Virus record (IMG/VR): IMGVR_UViG_2698536506_000001 | Coordinates: 1-13,042 of that record | Strand: one strand, 5' to 3' | DNA: 13,042 nt | DNA from: a virus | Lineage: Duplodnaviria > Heunggongvirae > Uroviricota > Caudoviricetes | Translations under genes and position numbers: made by a program | Shown: positions 6,844 through 13,042 of the stretch, piece by piece | How the letters are laid out: every line of letters starts with the position of its first letter | Position numbering within the stretch: position 1 is the first letter of the stretch | The notes under the pieces: model-generated | The model's database searches: none | Told to the model about the DNA's origin: nothing | The model's input: only the letters and a program-made list of their open reading frames with translations

Positions 6844-8319
6844 ATGTCCGGACTACATGGTGTGGAAACCATTGAACTGACGACAGGCACGGTTGCCGTG
6901 CAGACCGTCTCCACGGCAGTGATTGGCCTCGTGGGGACAGCGCCGGACGCCTCCGGCGGTGTGTGTGCTTCCGGTACTGCCGGATCATGGTTGTTGAGTT
7001 CCGCGCTGGATTTTACAGCGAAAAAAGCCGGGCGGTCCGGCAATGAGATTTCAGTTGTGGCCAACGGAAGCACGCAGCAAAACGCAGAGACAACCGCGGC
7101 TCTGGAGGGAAACACCCTGACGATCACACTGGGCACAGATGAACATGGTGAGAGGAATGCCACTGCGTCACGTGTGAAGGAGGTTGTGAATGCGCTGGAG
7201 GATTCACCGGTGATGGCCGATACCAGCATGCTGAATGCAGATTCTGTCGGGGAAGGAGTGGTATCTCCCTTTACCCTGACGTTGTCCGGCGGTGAGGATG
7301 AGGCATTTCCGGTTAATACGCCGGTGGTGGTGGCGGGGGCACTGACGCAGGCCGGAAAGCTGGGGGCTTCCGGAACGCTGTATCCTGCCCTGCGTGATAT
7401 TTTTGACCAGACCGGTGCGCTGGTGATTGTGGTACGTGCGGAAAGCAAACCGAAAGCGAAGGAGGCAGAACAGCGTGCCGCAGTGATTAAGGCCATGGAA
7501 GCTCTGACGAAGAGCAAAGGCGTAACAGGCTACCAGCCGCGTATTCTTGTCGCCACTGGCTACAGCGAGGATGATGGTGTGGCAAAGGCGCTGGAAACGT
7601 ATGCCGCGAAACTGCGGGCTGTTGCCTATATTGACTCCCCCTCAATGGTAACGCCGCAGGATGTGGTTCAGCGCCGGACGTTATTTGGTGGGCGTGTTGA
7701 ACTGCTTCGTCCGCGCGTGTCGGTGACGGATGACAGCGGACAAACAGTGTTTCGCCCGTATTCGGCACGCGCTGCCGGACTGCGTGCCCGTATTGATTAT
7801 GAAAAAGGATGGTGGTGGTCCAAATCAAATCAGGACGTGATGAATATCACCGGTCTTGAGCAGGTGGATACATTTATTCTCGGGGAGCAGAACTGCACGG
7901 CAAATCTGCTGAACATGGAAAACATCTCCACCATTATTCGTCATGACGGTTTTAAACACTGGGGTAACCGCCTGTGCACATCTCATAGCCAGTTGCGCTT
8001 TGAGTCTGTGCGCCGTACGGCTGATGTGATTGAAGACAGTGTTCAGGAATCCATGTTGCCTTATGTTGACCGTCCGATTGATCGGGATGTTGCGGACGAT
8101 ATTCTCGGCAGTATTAATGCCTACATGCGCCAGCTTAAAAATCTGGGCGCGATCCACGGTGGTAGCGCATGGCTGAACGACGAACTGAATACAGCAGAAA
8201 CCCTGGCTGCCGGGCAGTTGTATATCGACTATGACTTCGGGCCGAAGTCACCACTGGAACGCCTGACGCTGCGGACAATGATCAACAATAAACTGGCACA
8301 GGAGGAACTGACAGTATGA
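6844..8319 (+). CDS. FI: Contractile tail sheath protein (P2 FI family)
   Basis: ATG 6844 is 5 nt after GGGAGA. The track start 6724 lies inside the tfa gene and spans the terminator, so it is rejected. N-terminus MSGLHGVETIELTTGTVAVQTVSTAVIGLVGTAPDASGG resembles P2 FI ([39 protein letters not shown]). C-terminal blocks GLRARIDYEKGW, IRHDGFKHWGNRLCT and NTAETLAAGQLYIDYDFGP...PLERLTLR match the sheath family. 491 aa. Confidence 0.85.
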   Translation: MSGLHGVETIELTTGTVAVQTVSTAVIGLVGTAPDASGGVCASGTAGSWLLSSALDFTAKKAGRSGNEISVVANGSTQQNAETTAALEGNTLTITLGTDEHGERNATASRVKEVVNALEDSPVMADTSMLNADSVGEGVVSPFTLTLSGGEDEAFPVNTPVVVAGALTQAGKLGASGTLYPALRDIFDQTGALVIVVRAESKPKAKEAEQRAAVIKAMEALTKSKGVTGYQPRILVATGYSEDDGVAKALETYAAKLRAVAYIDSPSMVTPQDVVQRRTLFGGRVELLRPRVSVTDDSGQTVFRPYSARAAGLRARIDYEKGWWWSKSNQDVMNITGLEQVDTFILGEQNCTANLLNMENISTIIRHDGFKHWGNRLCTSHSQLRFESVRRTADVIEDSVQESMLPYVDRPIDRDVADDILGSINAYMRQLKNLGAIHGGSAWLNDELNTAETLAAGQLYIDYDFGPKSPLERLTLRTMINNKLAQEELTV

Positions 8320-8834
8320 TGTCATGCGAAAAAAAACTGCTACGGGCATGGGCGCTCTTTCTGCCGGGTGGTATTCGCCTTCAGGGGGCACATGAATACA
8401 CGCCTCCGGCCATCAATATCACGAAGGTGGACATCAAAACCGGTGCGATGGATGCGCCGGTGTCAGTGGATGACGGTATGGAGGCGCTGACCTGCTCGTT
8501 TAAAATTTACGGATACGACGTGGCCATACTGACCCTGCTTGGATTGCAGGCAGGGATTTATTCGCCAGAAATTGTTGTCCGTCAGGCGTATCAGGTGGGC
8601 GGTGCAACAAGCGGTCTGGTGGAAACCCTTCAGGGGATGATCACCAGTATCACGCCGGATGCGCGTCCGTCCACCTCGCAGGCGGAAGCAGCGGTGTCGG
8701 TGGAAATGTCACTGAGTTATTACCGCCAGGCTGTCGATGGACTGGAAACCATCTGCATTATTCCGGAGCAGTTTGTACGGCGCATTAACGGTGTGAATGT
8801 GCTGTCGGATCTGAAAAAAATTATCCGTGTGTGA
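8316..8834 (+). CDS. FII: Tail tube protein (P2 FII family)
   Basis: ATG 8316 overlaps the sheath stop (ATGA), with AGGAGG 10 nt upstream. 172 aa, the same length as P2 FII. Sits immediately after the sheath gene. Confidence 0.8.
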   Translation: MMSCEKKLLRAWALFLPGGIRLQGAHEYTPPAINITKVDIKTGAMDAPVSVDDGMEALTCSFKIYGYDVAILTLLGLQAGIYSPEIVVRQAYQVGGATSGLVETLQGMITSITPDARPSTSQAEAAVSVEMSLSYYRQAVDGLETICIIPEQFVRRINGVNVLSDLKKIIRV

Positions 8835-8854
8835 GCCGGAGAAGTGGTCATTCA

Positions 8855-8880
8855 GGCGGCTCAGGCCGCCTTTTCTTTTT
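8855..8880 (+). terminator. Terminator-like hairpin plus T-tract after the tube gene
   Basis: GGCGGC (8855-8860), loop tcag, GCCGCC (8865-8870), followed by TTTTCTTTTT (8871-8880). Confidence 0.5.
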
Positions 8881-8894
8881 AAGAGGAAATCAAT

Positions 8895-9197
8895 ATGCCA
8901 GAGATAAACAGTATTCCCTGCAGCAGCGTGGAGATTGTGTTATCCGTGCCGTATGTCACTGCGTCAGGTCAGACAATCTCGCATGTCACCATGCGTGCAC
9001 CCACCGTCCGCGATCGTCTGTTACATCGCCGGAGTACCAAGCCGGAAGCAGAAGCCGATCTGGATATGATAGCCGGCCTGTGCGGAATGGATGCGGCGGA
9101 CATGATGAATATGGAAGCGTGTGATTACCTGTCCCTGGAGCGGCAGTTTAATGTTTTTTTGCTGCCGCCGGTCAGGCGGAAGAAGACAGCATCCTGA
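8895..9197 (+). CDS. E: Tail assembly chaperone E (zero-frame product)
   Basis: ATG 8895 with AAGAGGAAA upstream. 100 aa. Sits between the tube and tape-measure genes and carries a slippery heptamer near its 3' end. Confidence 0.7.
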   Translation: MPEINSIPCSSVEIVLSVPYVTASGQTISHVTMRAPTVRDRLLHRRSTKPEAEADLDMIAGLCGMDAADMMNMEACDYLSLERQFNVFLLPPVRRKKTAS

Positions 9198-9334
9198 CAG
9201 CGATACGGCGCGCCGGTGCCTGGTTCGGGTGGTCTCCCGGAGATGTGATGGCACTGCCGTATGCAGATTTTGTGTCAATGATGCTGGAGGAATCGGAAGA
9301 GAGGCGGCGACGTTATGGCAACGGTGGGCGATAA
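8895..9334 (+). CDS. E': Tail assembly chaperone E+E' (-1 frameshift fusion product, about 146 aa)
   Basis: After a -1 slip at 9155-9161 the frame reads FFAAAGQAEEDSILTAIRRAGAWFGWSPGDVMALPYADFVSMMLEESEERRRRYGNGGR then stop, overlapping the tape-measure start by 20 nt. Same arrangement as P2 E/E'. Inferred, not experimentally shown. Confidence 0.55.
9155..9161 (+). promoter_or_regulatory. Candidate -1 programmed ribosomal frameshift site (slippery heptamer T TTT TTG)
   Basis: Zero-frame codons GTT TTT TTG (9153-9161) give the heptamer T_TTT_TTG. The -1 frame is open from here to TAA at 9332-9334. Confidence 0.6.
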
Positions 9335-10970
9335 CCTGAAAGCGAATATCAGGATCGGCGGCACGATAGATCCGTCGTGGAAAAAATCGGTTGATGGACT
9401 GAAGCACGGATTATCAGGGGCAACGCAGGAAGTGGCTCGCCTGACTCGCCAGCAGGATGTACTGAAACGAAAAATTCAGGCTGGCGTACTGGCAGGGCAG
9501 GATATTACTGAACTGCGAAAGCAGTATGAAAAGCTGGGCAAAAAAATTCATGATGCCACCGGAGAGCAGGATAAATTTAACCGTAAGCTGGCACGTGCGG
9601 AACGTCTGGAACGCTGGAAAGGGCGTGGAAAGACCGCTCTGAAAGCGGGGTTAGGGCTTTCGGTTGGGGGGGGACTGACACTGGCAGGCGCTGCCGGTAC
9701 AGCACTTAGCCGGAACAGTGAAACTGCAGAGCGGGCAGGGATAGCCCGGAGTTACGGTGTGGATTATGAGACGTATGCAGCGTGGGATTCGCTGGGTAAG
9801 CAGATGGGGCTGAACGGGGAAAACTTCGGGGATCTGTTTGAGGAGTACCGTAACAAGGTTTTTGATGATGATAATGGCGCATCGGATAAAGGTGCCATAC
9901 AGCAGGTCTTCGGGGCGCTGGGGCTGAAAACCGGGGTGATGGCGGGAAAAAACAACCAGGAGCAGGTTGAATTTCTTTTTGACCGATTGCTGCAGGTGAA
10001 GGATGAACAAAAGGCTGCCGGGATGGCGGATGCATTGTTTGGTGGTGAGGGTAATAAGATCCTGACCTGGATACGTCTGTCAGGAAAAACTTACCGGGAG
10101 CTTATTGAGGAGCAGAAGCGCTATAACCTGGTGACCAGGGAAGGGGCGGATGGTGCCGTCCGGGGACATATCGCCGTCTCAAACCTCACCGGTGTTCTGG
10201 GTTCGTCCATTGATGAAATCTGTGGACAGCTGGGGAAAGAGCTGGCACCGAATATTCAGCAGGTCACGGACGACCTGGCGGACTGGTTTAAAAACGGCGG
10301 GCTGGAAAAAATCAATACATTTATCAGAGAGGACGCGCTGCCGATGTTGATCAAGGTGACGGCCTGGGCGTGGAATTTTGGAAAAGTCATTGCCGGGCTC
10401 ACTGAAAAGGCCATCGAGTGGGGGCTGGCTGAAGATCCACGGAGTGACCGGCGTGAGGTGCTGGAATATCTGGCAAAAACAGGCTCACCAGAGCTGGCAA
10501 GGGCAGTGGCGAAGAGGAACGGGCAGGATAAATGGTTTGATGATCAGCTTAAAAAAAATCCCGATCTGACGAAGCAGGTTGTGAAGGCGTATACAGACAC
10601 ACGCGGTTTCCTGAGTGATGACGATAAAAAATTTGAGGCATCCCTCGAGCCTTTTCTGGGGCCAAAAGACGATCCGGACTTTGACGGATGGGAAAAGAAA
10701 GCGCTTGATGTCCTCGCGAAGTATGACACCCCACCCGCTACAAAACAGGGGCAGGAAAAAACGGATCCTCTTTCTGCGCTTCACTACGTTCCGGGCAGTA
10801 TCAGCCAGGTGGAAGTAAAACCCACGTATCAGATACGGGCTGAATTTAACCTCACCCAGAAGCCCGGCGAGGATGCCGGACAGCTGGCAGACAGGGTGAC
10901 GAAAAATCTGGGTGATATTGATTTTGGCCAGCGGGCCAGCATGACCGACAGTTATGCATTCTGGGGGTGA
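9315..10970 (+). CDS. T: Tail tape measure protein
   Basis: 551-aa ORF immediately downstream of the frameshifted chaperone pair. Contains a Gly/Ala-rich hydrophobic stretch (LKAGLGLSVGGGLTLAGAAGTAL) typical of tape measure proteins, and coiled-coil-like charged regions. Confidence 0.8.
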   Translation: MATVGDNLKANIRIGGTIDPSWKKSVDGLKHGLSGATQEVARLTRQQDVLKRKIQAGVLAGQDITELRKQYEKLGKKIHDATGEQDKFNRKLARAERLERWKGRGKTALKAGLGLSVGGGLTLAGAAGTALSRNSETAERAGIARSYGVDYETYAAWDSLGKQMGLNGENFGDLFEEYRNKVFDDDNGASDKGAIQQVFGALGLKTGVMAGKNNQEQVEFLFDRLLQVKDEQKAAGMADALFGGEGNKILTWIRLSGKTYRELIEEQKRYNLVTREGADGAVRGHIAVSNLTGVLGSSIDEICGQLGKELAPNIQQVTDDLADWFKNGGLEKINTFIREDALPMLIKVTAWAWNFGKVIAGLTEKAIEWGLAEDPRSDRREVLEYLAKTGSPELARAVAKRNGQDKWFDDQLKKNPDLTKQVVKAYTDTRGFLSDDDKKFEASLEPFLGPKDDPDFDGWEKKALDVLAKYDTPPATKQGQEKTDPLSALHYVPGSISQVEVKPTYQIRAEFNLTQKPGEDAGQLADRVTKNLGDIDFGQRASMTDSYAFWG

Positions 10971-11461
10971 CGATGGTGGATTTTGTTGGCTTTGGCGCAA
11001 ACATGATTGAGCGCAGGGCATGGGACAGGATTGGTTCATTAACCGATGTGGCCTCGCGGGTCATGCTGTCGTTTGGTGAGTTTGAGTTCAGTATTGATTC
11101 TGCGGCGTATAACGCCATGAAGCGCACCATGGAATGGCGATGGGATGAGCAGCAGTTAATCGGAAAAAAGGATCTGTTGCAGTATACCGGTAAGGGGGCC
11201 AGAACGATAAGCCTTGAAGGGATGGTTCATGCGGGATTTCGTGACGGTGTGGGGATGGATGCCCTTGATACGCTGGTTCAGATGGTGGATAAAAATCCTG
11301 CGCCGCATCTGCTGGTTTCCGGGACGGGGGATGTGATGGGGTATTTTGTTGTAACCGCCTATTCAGATAACACCACGTCCTTTCTTCCCGGCGGTGCGCC
11401 GAAAAACAAAACGTTCACACTGGAGCTGAAATACTATGGCGAAAAACTGGCGGACCACTGA
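10967..11461 (+). CDS. U: Tail protein U-like (tail formation)
   Basis: GTG 10967 overlaps the T stop (GTGA); ATG 10973 is an alternative. About 164 aa. Assigned by position (T-U-X-D), as in R-type pyocin and P2-like tails; sequence homology not verified. Confidence 0.6.
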   Translation: MTMVDFVGFGANMIERRAWDRIGSLTDVASRVMLSFGEFEFSIDSAAYNAMKRTMEWRWDEQQLIGKKDLLQYTGKGARTISLEGMVHAGFRDGVGMDALDTLVQMVDKNPAPHLLVSGTGDVMGYFVVTAYSDNTTSFLPGGAPKNKTFTLELKYYGEKLADH

Positions 11462-11654
11462 CGGCGATATGCTGGATGATATCTGTCAGAGACACTACGG
11501 CAGCGCCGGACTCAACCAGTCACTGGCGGCGGTACTGGAGGCTAATCCCGGGCTGGCTGATCTTGGTCCGGTGTATCCGTCCGGGGTGGAAATCGTGTTA
11601 CCGGACTGGACATATGAGCCGGAAGAGAAGGAGACGTTTCAGTTATGGGACTGA
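11436..11654 (+). CDS. X: Tail protein X (small LysM-like)
   Basis: 72 aa. ...DGDMLDDICQRHYG...AVLEANPGLADLGPVYPSGVEIVLPD resembles recalled P2 gpX (...QGDTLDAICVRYYG...VLAANPGLAELGAVLPHGTAVELPD). Confidence 0.7.
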   Translation: MAKNWRTTDGDMLDDICQRHYGSAGLNQSLAAVLEANPGLADLGPVYPSGVEIVLPDWTYEPEEKETFQLWD

Positions 11655-12721
11655 ATGAATATCAGCCGGATTTCAGTCTGACGGTGGAAGGCGAGGATAT
11701 CACGAAAGCAATAAAACGCGGACTGGCTGAACTGCGTTATACCGATAATGGTGCTGCCACAAAGCGGGCTGATGAGTTAATGATAACGCTGTTCAGTGAA
11801 ACGCTGGCATTGCCACCGAAAGGCGCAGTATTAACGCTGGGGCTGGGGTTTAACGGACGTCTGGTGAATAAGGGTAGCTTTACTGTCTGTCAGGTGGCAA
11901 GCGGTGGCCCTCCCCGCCGGATCACCATTTATGCCACAGCAGCCCCCATGAATGCGTCCAGGCATGGTGCAGATGTGACTGCACTGAAAACCCGCGCCTT
12001 CAGCGATGTCACGCTGGGTGACCTGGTAAAAACGATCGCCACTGAAAATAATCTGGTGGCGCGGGTATCTCCGGTACTGGAGGAAATTCGTATTCCGTGG
12101 GTGATGCAGTCATCTGAGTCGGATGCGTCCCTGCTTTCCCGGCTTGCAGGGATGTACGGTGCCACCAGTAAACCGACGAACGGTTACTGGTTATTTCTGG
12201 AGTATGGTGCGTCGCAGAGTACCGGAGGCAGGGATGCCCCAGTGATGACCATCACACCGGATATGGTGTCAGACTGGGATTACCGGGAGGGCGATCGGCA
12301 GGGGGCATCTGGAGGCGGAAAAGGGGGAAAGGTTGGTGTCAGGTACTTTACTCCGTCTGATGGTCGCACGCGTGAACTTAAAGTGGATGTGGAGTCCACA
12401 GACAAGCGGCATCCCTTCACCCAGCCAGACCAGAGCACGGCAGAACATTGTGCACAGTCGAAGGTAAAGCGGGTGCAGAAAGCGGGGCGTCAGATGACGA
12501 TAACGCTGCCCTGCCGACCGGTATTGCTGAAAGCGGGGGCGGAAGTGCGCTTTATCACACGGGGCTTCGGGGTACGGGAGGACCATAACTGGCAGGCAGA
12601 GTCAGTGGAATTTTCGTTGTCACCGGGGCAGGGATTTTCGCTGAATCTGTCGCTGGCCACGGATATTTCTGCAAAGGGGAAAGCCAGTGGCAAGAAAAAA
12701 GGCGTCAATTATTTTGGTTAA
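11645..12721 (+). CDS. D: Tail protein D (late control gene D family)
   Basis: ATG 11645 overlaps the X 3' end. 358 aa against 387 for P2 gpD. Terminal gene of the tail module. Confidence 0.8.
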   Translation: MGLNEYQPDFSLTVEGEDITKAIKRGLAELRYTDNGAATKRADELMITLFSETLALPPKGAVLTLGLGFNGRLVNKGSFTVCQVASGGPPRRITIYATAAPMNASRHGADVTALKTRAFSDVTLGDLVKTIATENNLVARVSPVLEEIRIPWVMQSSESDASLLSRLAGMYGATSKPTNGYWLFLEYGASQSTGGRDAPVMTITPDMVSDWDYREGDRQGASGGGKGGKVGVRYFTPSDGRTRELKVDVESTDKRHPFTQPDQSTAEHCAQSKVKRVQKAGRQMTITLPCRPVLLKAGAEVRFITRGFGVREDHNWQAESVEFSLSPGQGFSLNLSLATDISAKGKASGKKKGVNYFG

Positions 12722-12745
12722 TGTTTTCTGAATCAGGAAATAAAA

Positions 12746-13042
12746 ATGTCTGTATTAATTTCGGGTGTGCTGACGGATGGCGCGGGACTCCCCATGTCCG
12801 GATACCATATTATTCTGAAAGCCAGACAGAATACATCCGTAGTGGTCATGAGAACGGTGGCGACAGTGGTGACAGGTCCGGCAGGAGAATATGCTTTTGA
12901 AGCTCAGACCGGAAAATATGACGTTTATCTTCGGTCGTGTATTGAAAGGGAATACTGTGTCGGTAATATTTCGGTTTACCACGATTCAACGCCCGGCACG
13001 CTGAATGATTTTCTGACAGCCATCGATGAAGGCGACCTCAAG
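12746..13042 (+). CDS. stf: Side tail fibre protein, lambda Stf-like N-terminal domain (5' partial; continues beyond the window)
   Basis: ATG 12746, 8 nt after AGGAAA. Open for 99 codons to the window edge, so not in the supplied track. Translation MSVLISGVLTDGAGLPMSGYHIILKARQNTSVVVMRTV...GEYAFEAQTGKYDVYL...GNISVYHDSTPGTLNDFLTAIDEGD aligns with the recalled lambda Stf N-terminus (MAVKISGVLKDGTGKPVQNCTIQLKARRNSTTVVVNTV...GRYSMDVEYGQYSVIL...GTITVYEDSQPGTLNDFLCAMTEDD). Confidence 0.7.
   Translation, partial: MSVLISGVLTDGAGLPMSGYHIILKARQNTSVVVMRTVATVVTGPAGEYAFEAQTGKYDVYLRSCIEREYCVGNISVYHDSTPGTLNDFLTAIDEGDLK

Noticed and set aside
6801-7517. 238-aa ORF on the minus strand inside the sheath gene
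   Set aside because: Entirely antisense to a strongly supported sheath CDS in GC-rich sequence, with no recognisable protein features; an expected artefact.
8831-9124. 97-aa + strand ORF spanning the tube-E intergenic hairpin
   Set aside because: Out of frame with E, runs through the terminator-like hairpin, low-complexity Arg/Ser/Gly composition.
9121-9339. Track ORF in the +1 frame overlapping the E 3' end
   Set aside because: Not the frameshift partner. The -1 frame is the one open from the slippery heptamer, and this +1 ORF starts at GTG with no ribosome-binding site.
10485-11039. 184-aa minus-strand ORF spanning the tape measure 3' end and U
   Set aside because: Antisense to two well-supported genes, Cys/Pro-rich and low-complexity, with no start context; likely spurious.
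1-13042. Tailocin (R-type bacteriocin) interpretation of the contractile tail cluster
   Set aside because: Capsid and head-completion genes lie immediately upstream in the same operon, so this is a phage or prophage morphogenesis region, not a headless tailocin.
1-13042. CRISPR arrays, tRNA/rRNA genes, IS elements, defence or cargo genes
   Set aside because: No regular short-repeat/spacer periodicity, no cloverleaf-like conserved stretches and no transposase or integrase-like ORFs; every sizeable ORF is accounted for as a structural gene.

Overview
The window is one contiguous late (virion morphogenesis) region of a temperate tailed phage or prophage, probably from an enterobacterial host, with every supported gene on the + strand. 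In order: the 3' end of a lambda gpE-family major capsid gene (runs off the left edge); lambda FI-like and FII-like head-completion genes; two unassigned genes at the head-tail junction; a complete P2 / R-type-pyocin-style contractile tail module (V-W-J-I-H-G baseplate, fibre and fibre chaperone; sheath and tube; frameshifted chaperone pair E/E'; tape measure T; U; X; D); and the 5' end of a lambda Stf-like side-tail-fibre gene that runs off the right edge and is missing from the ORF track because it has no stop in the window. I see no rRNA, tRNA, CRISPR array, IS element, integrase, toxin-antitoxin or recognisable defence or cargo gene, so I do not find an undescribed system here. What deserves a second look is the mosaic architecture: a lambda-type head joined to a P2-type myovirus tail, two unassigned junction proteins, a second fibre type downstream of gpD, an apparent insertion domain in the sheath, and a low-GC receptor-binding cassette. 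All homology statements come from reading the translations against protein families recalled from memory; no database search or computation was run.
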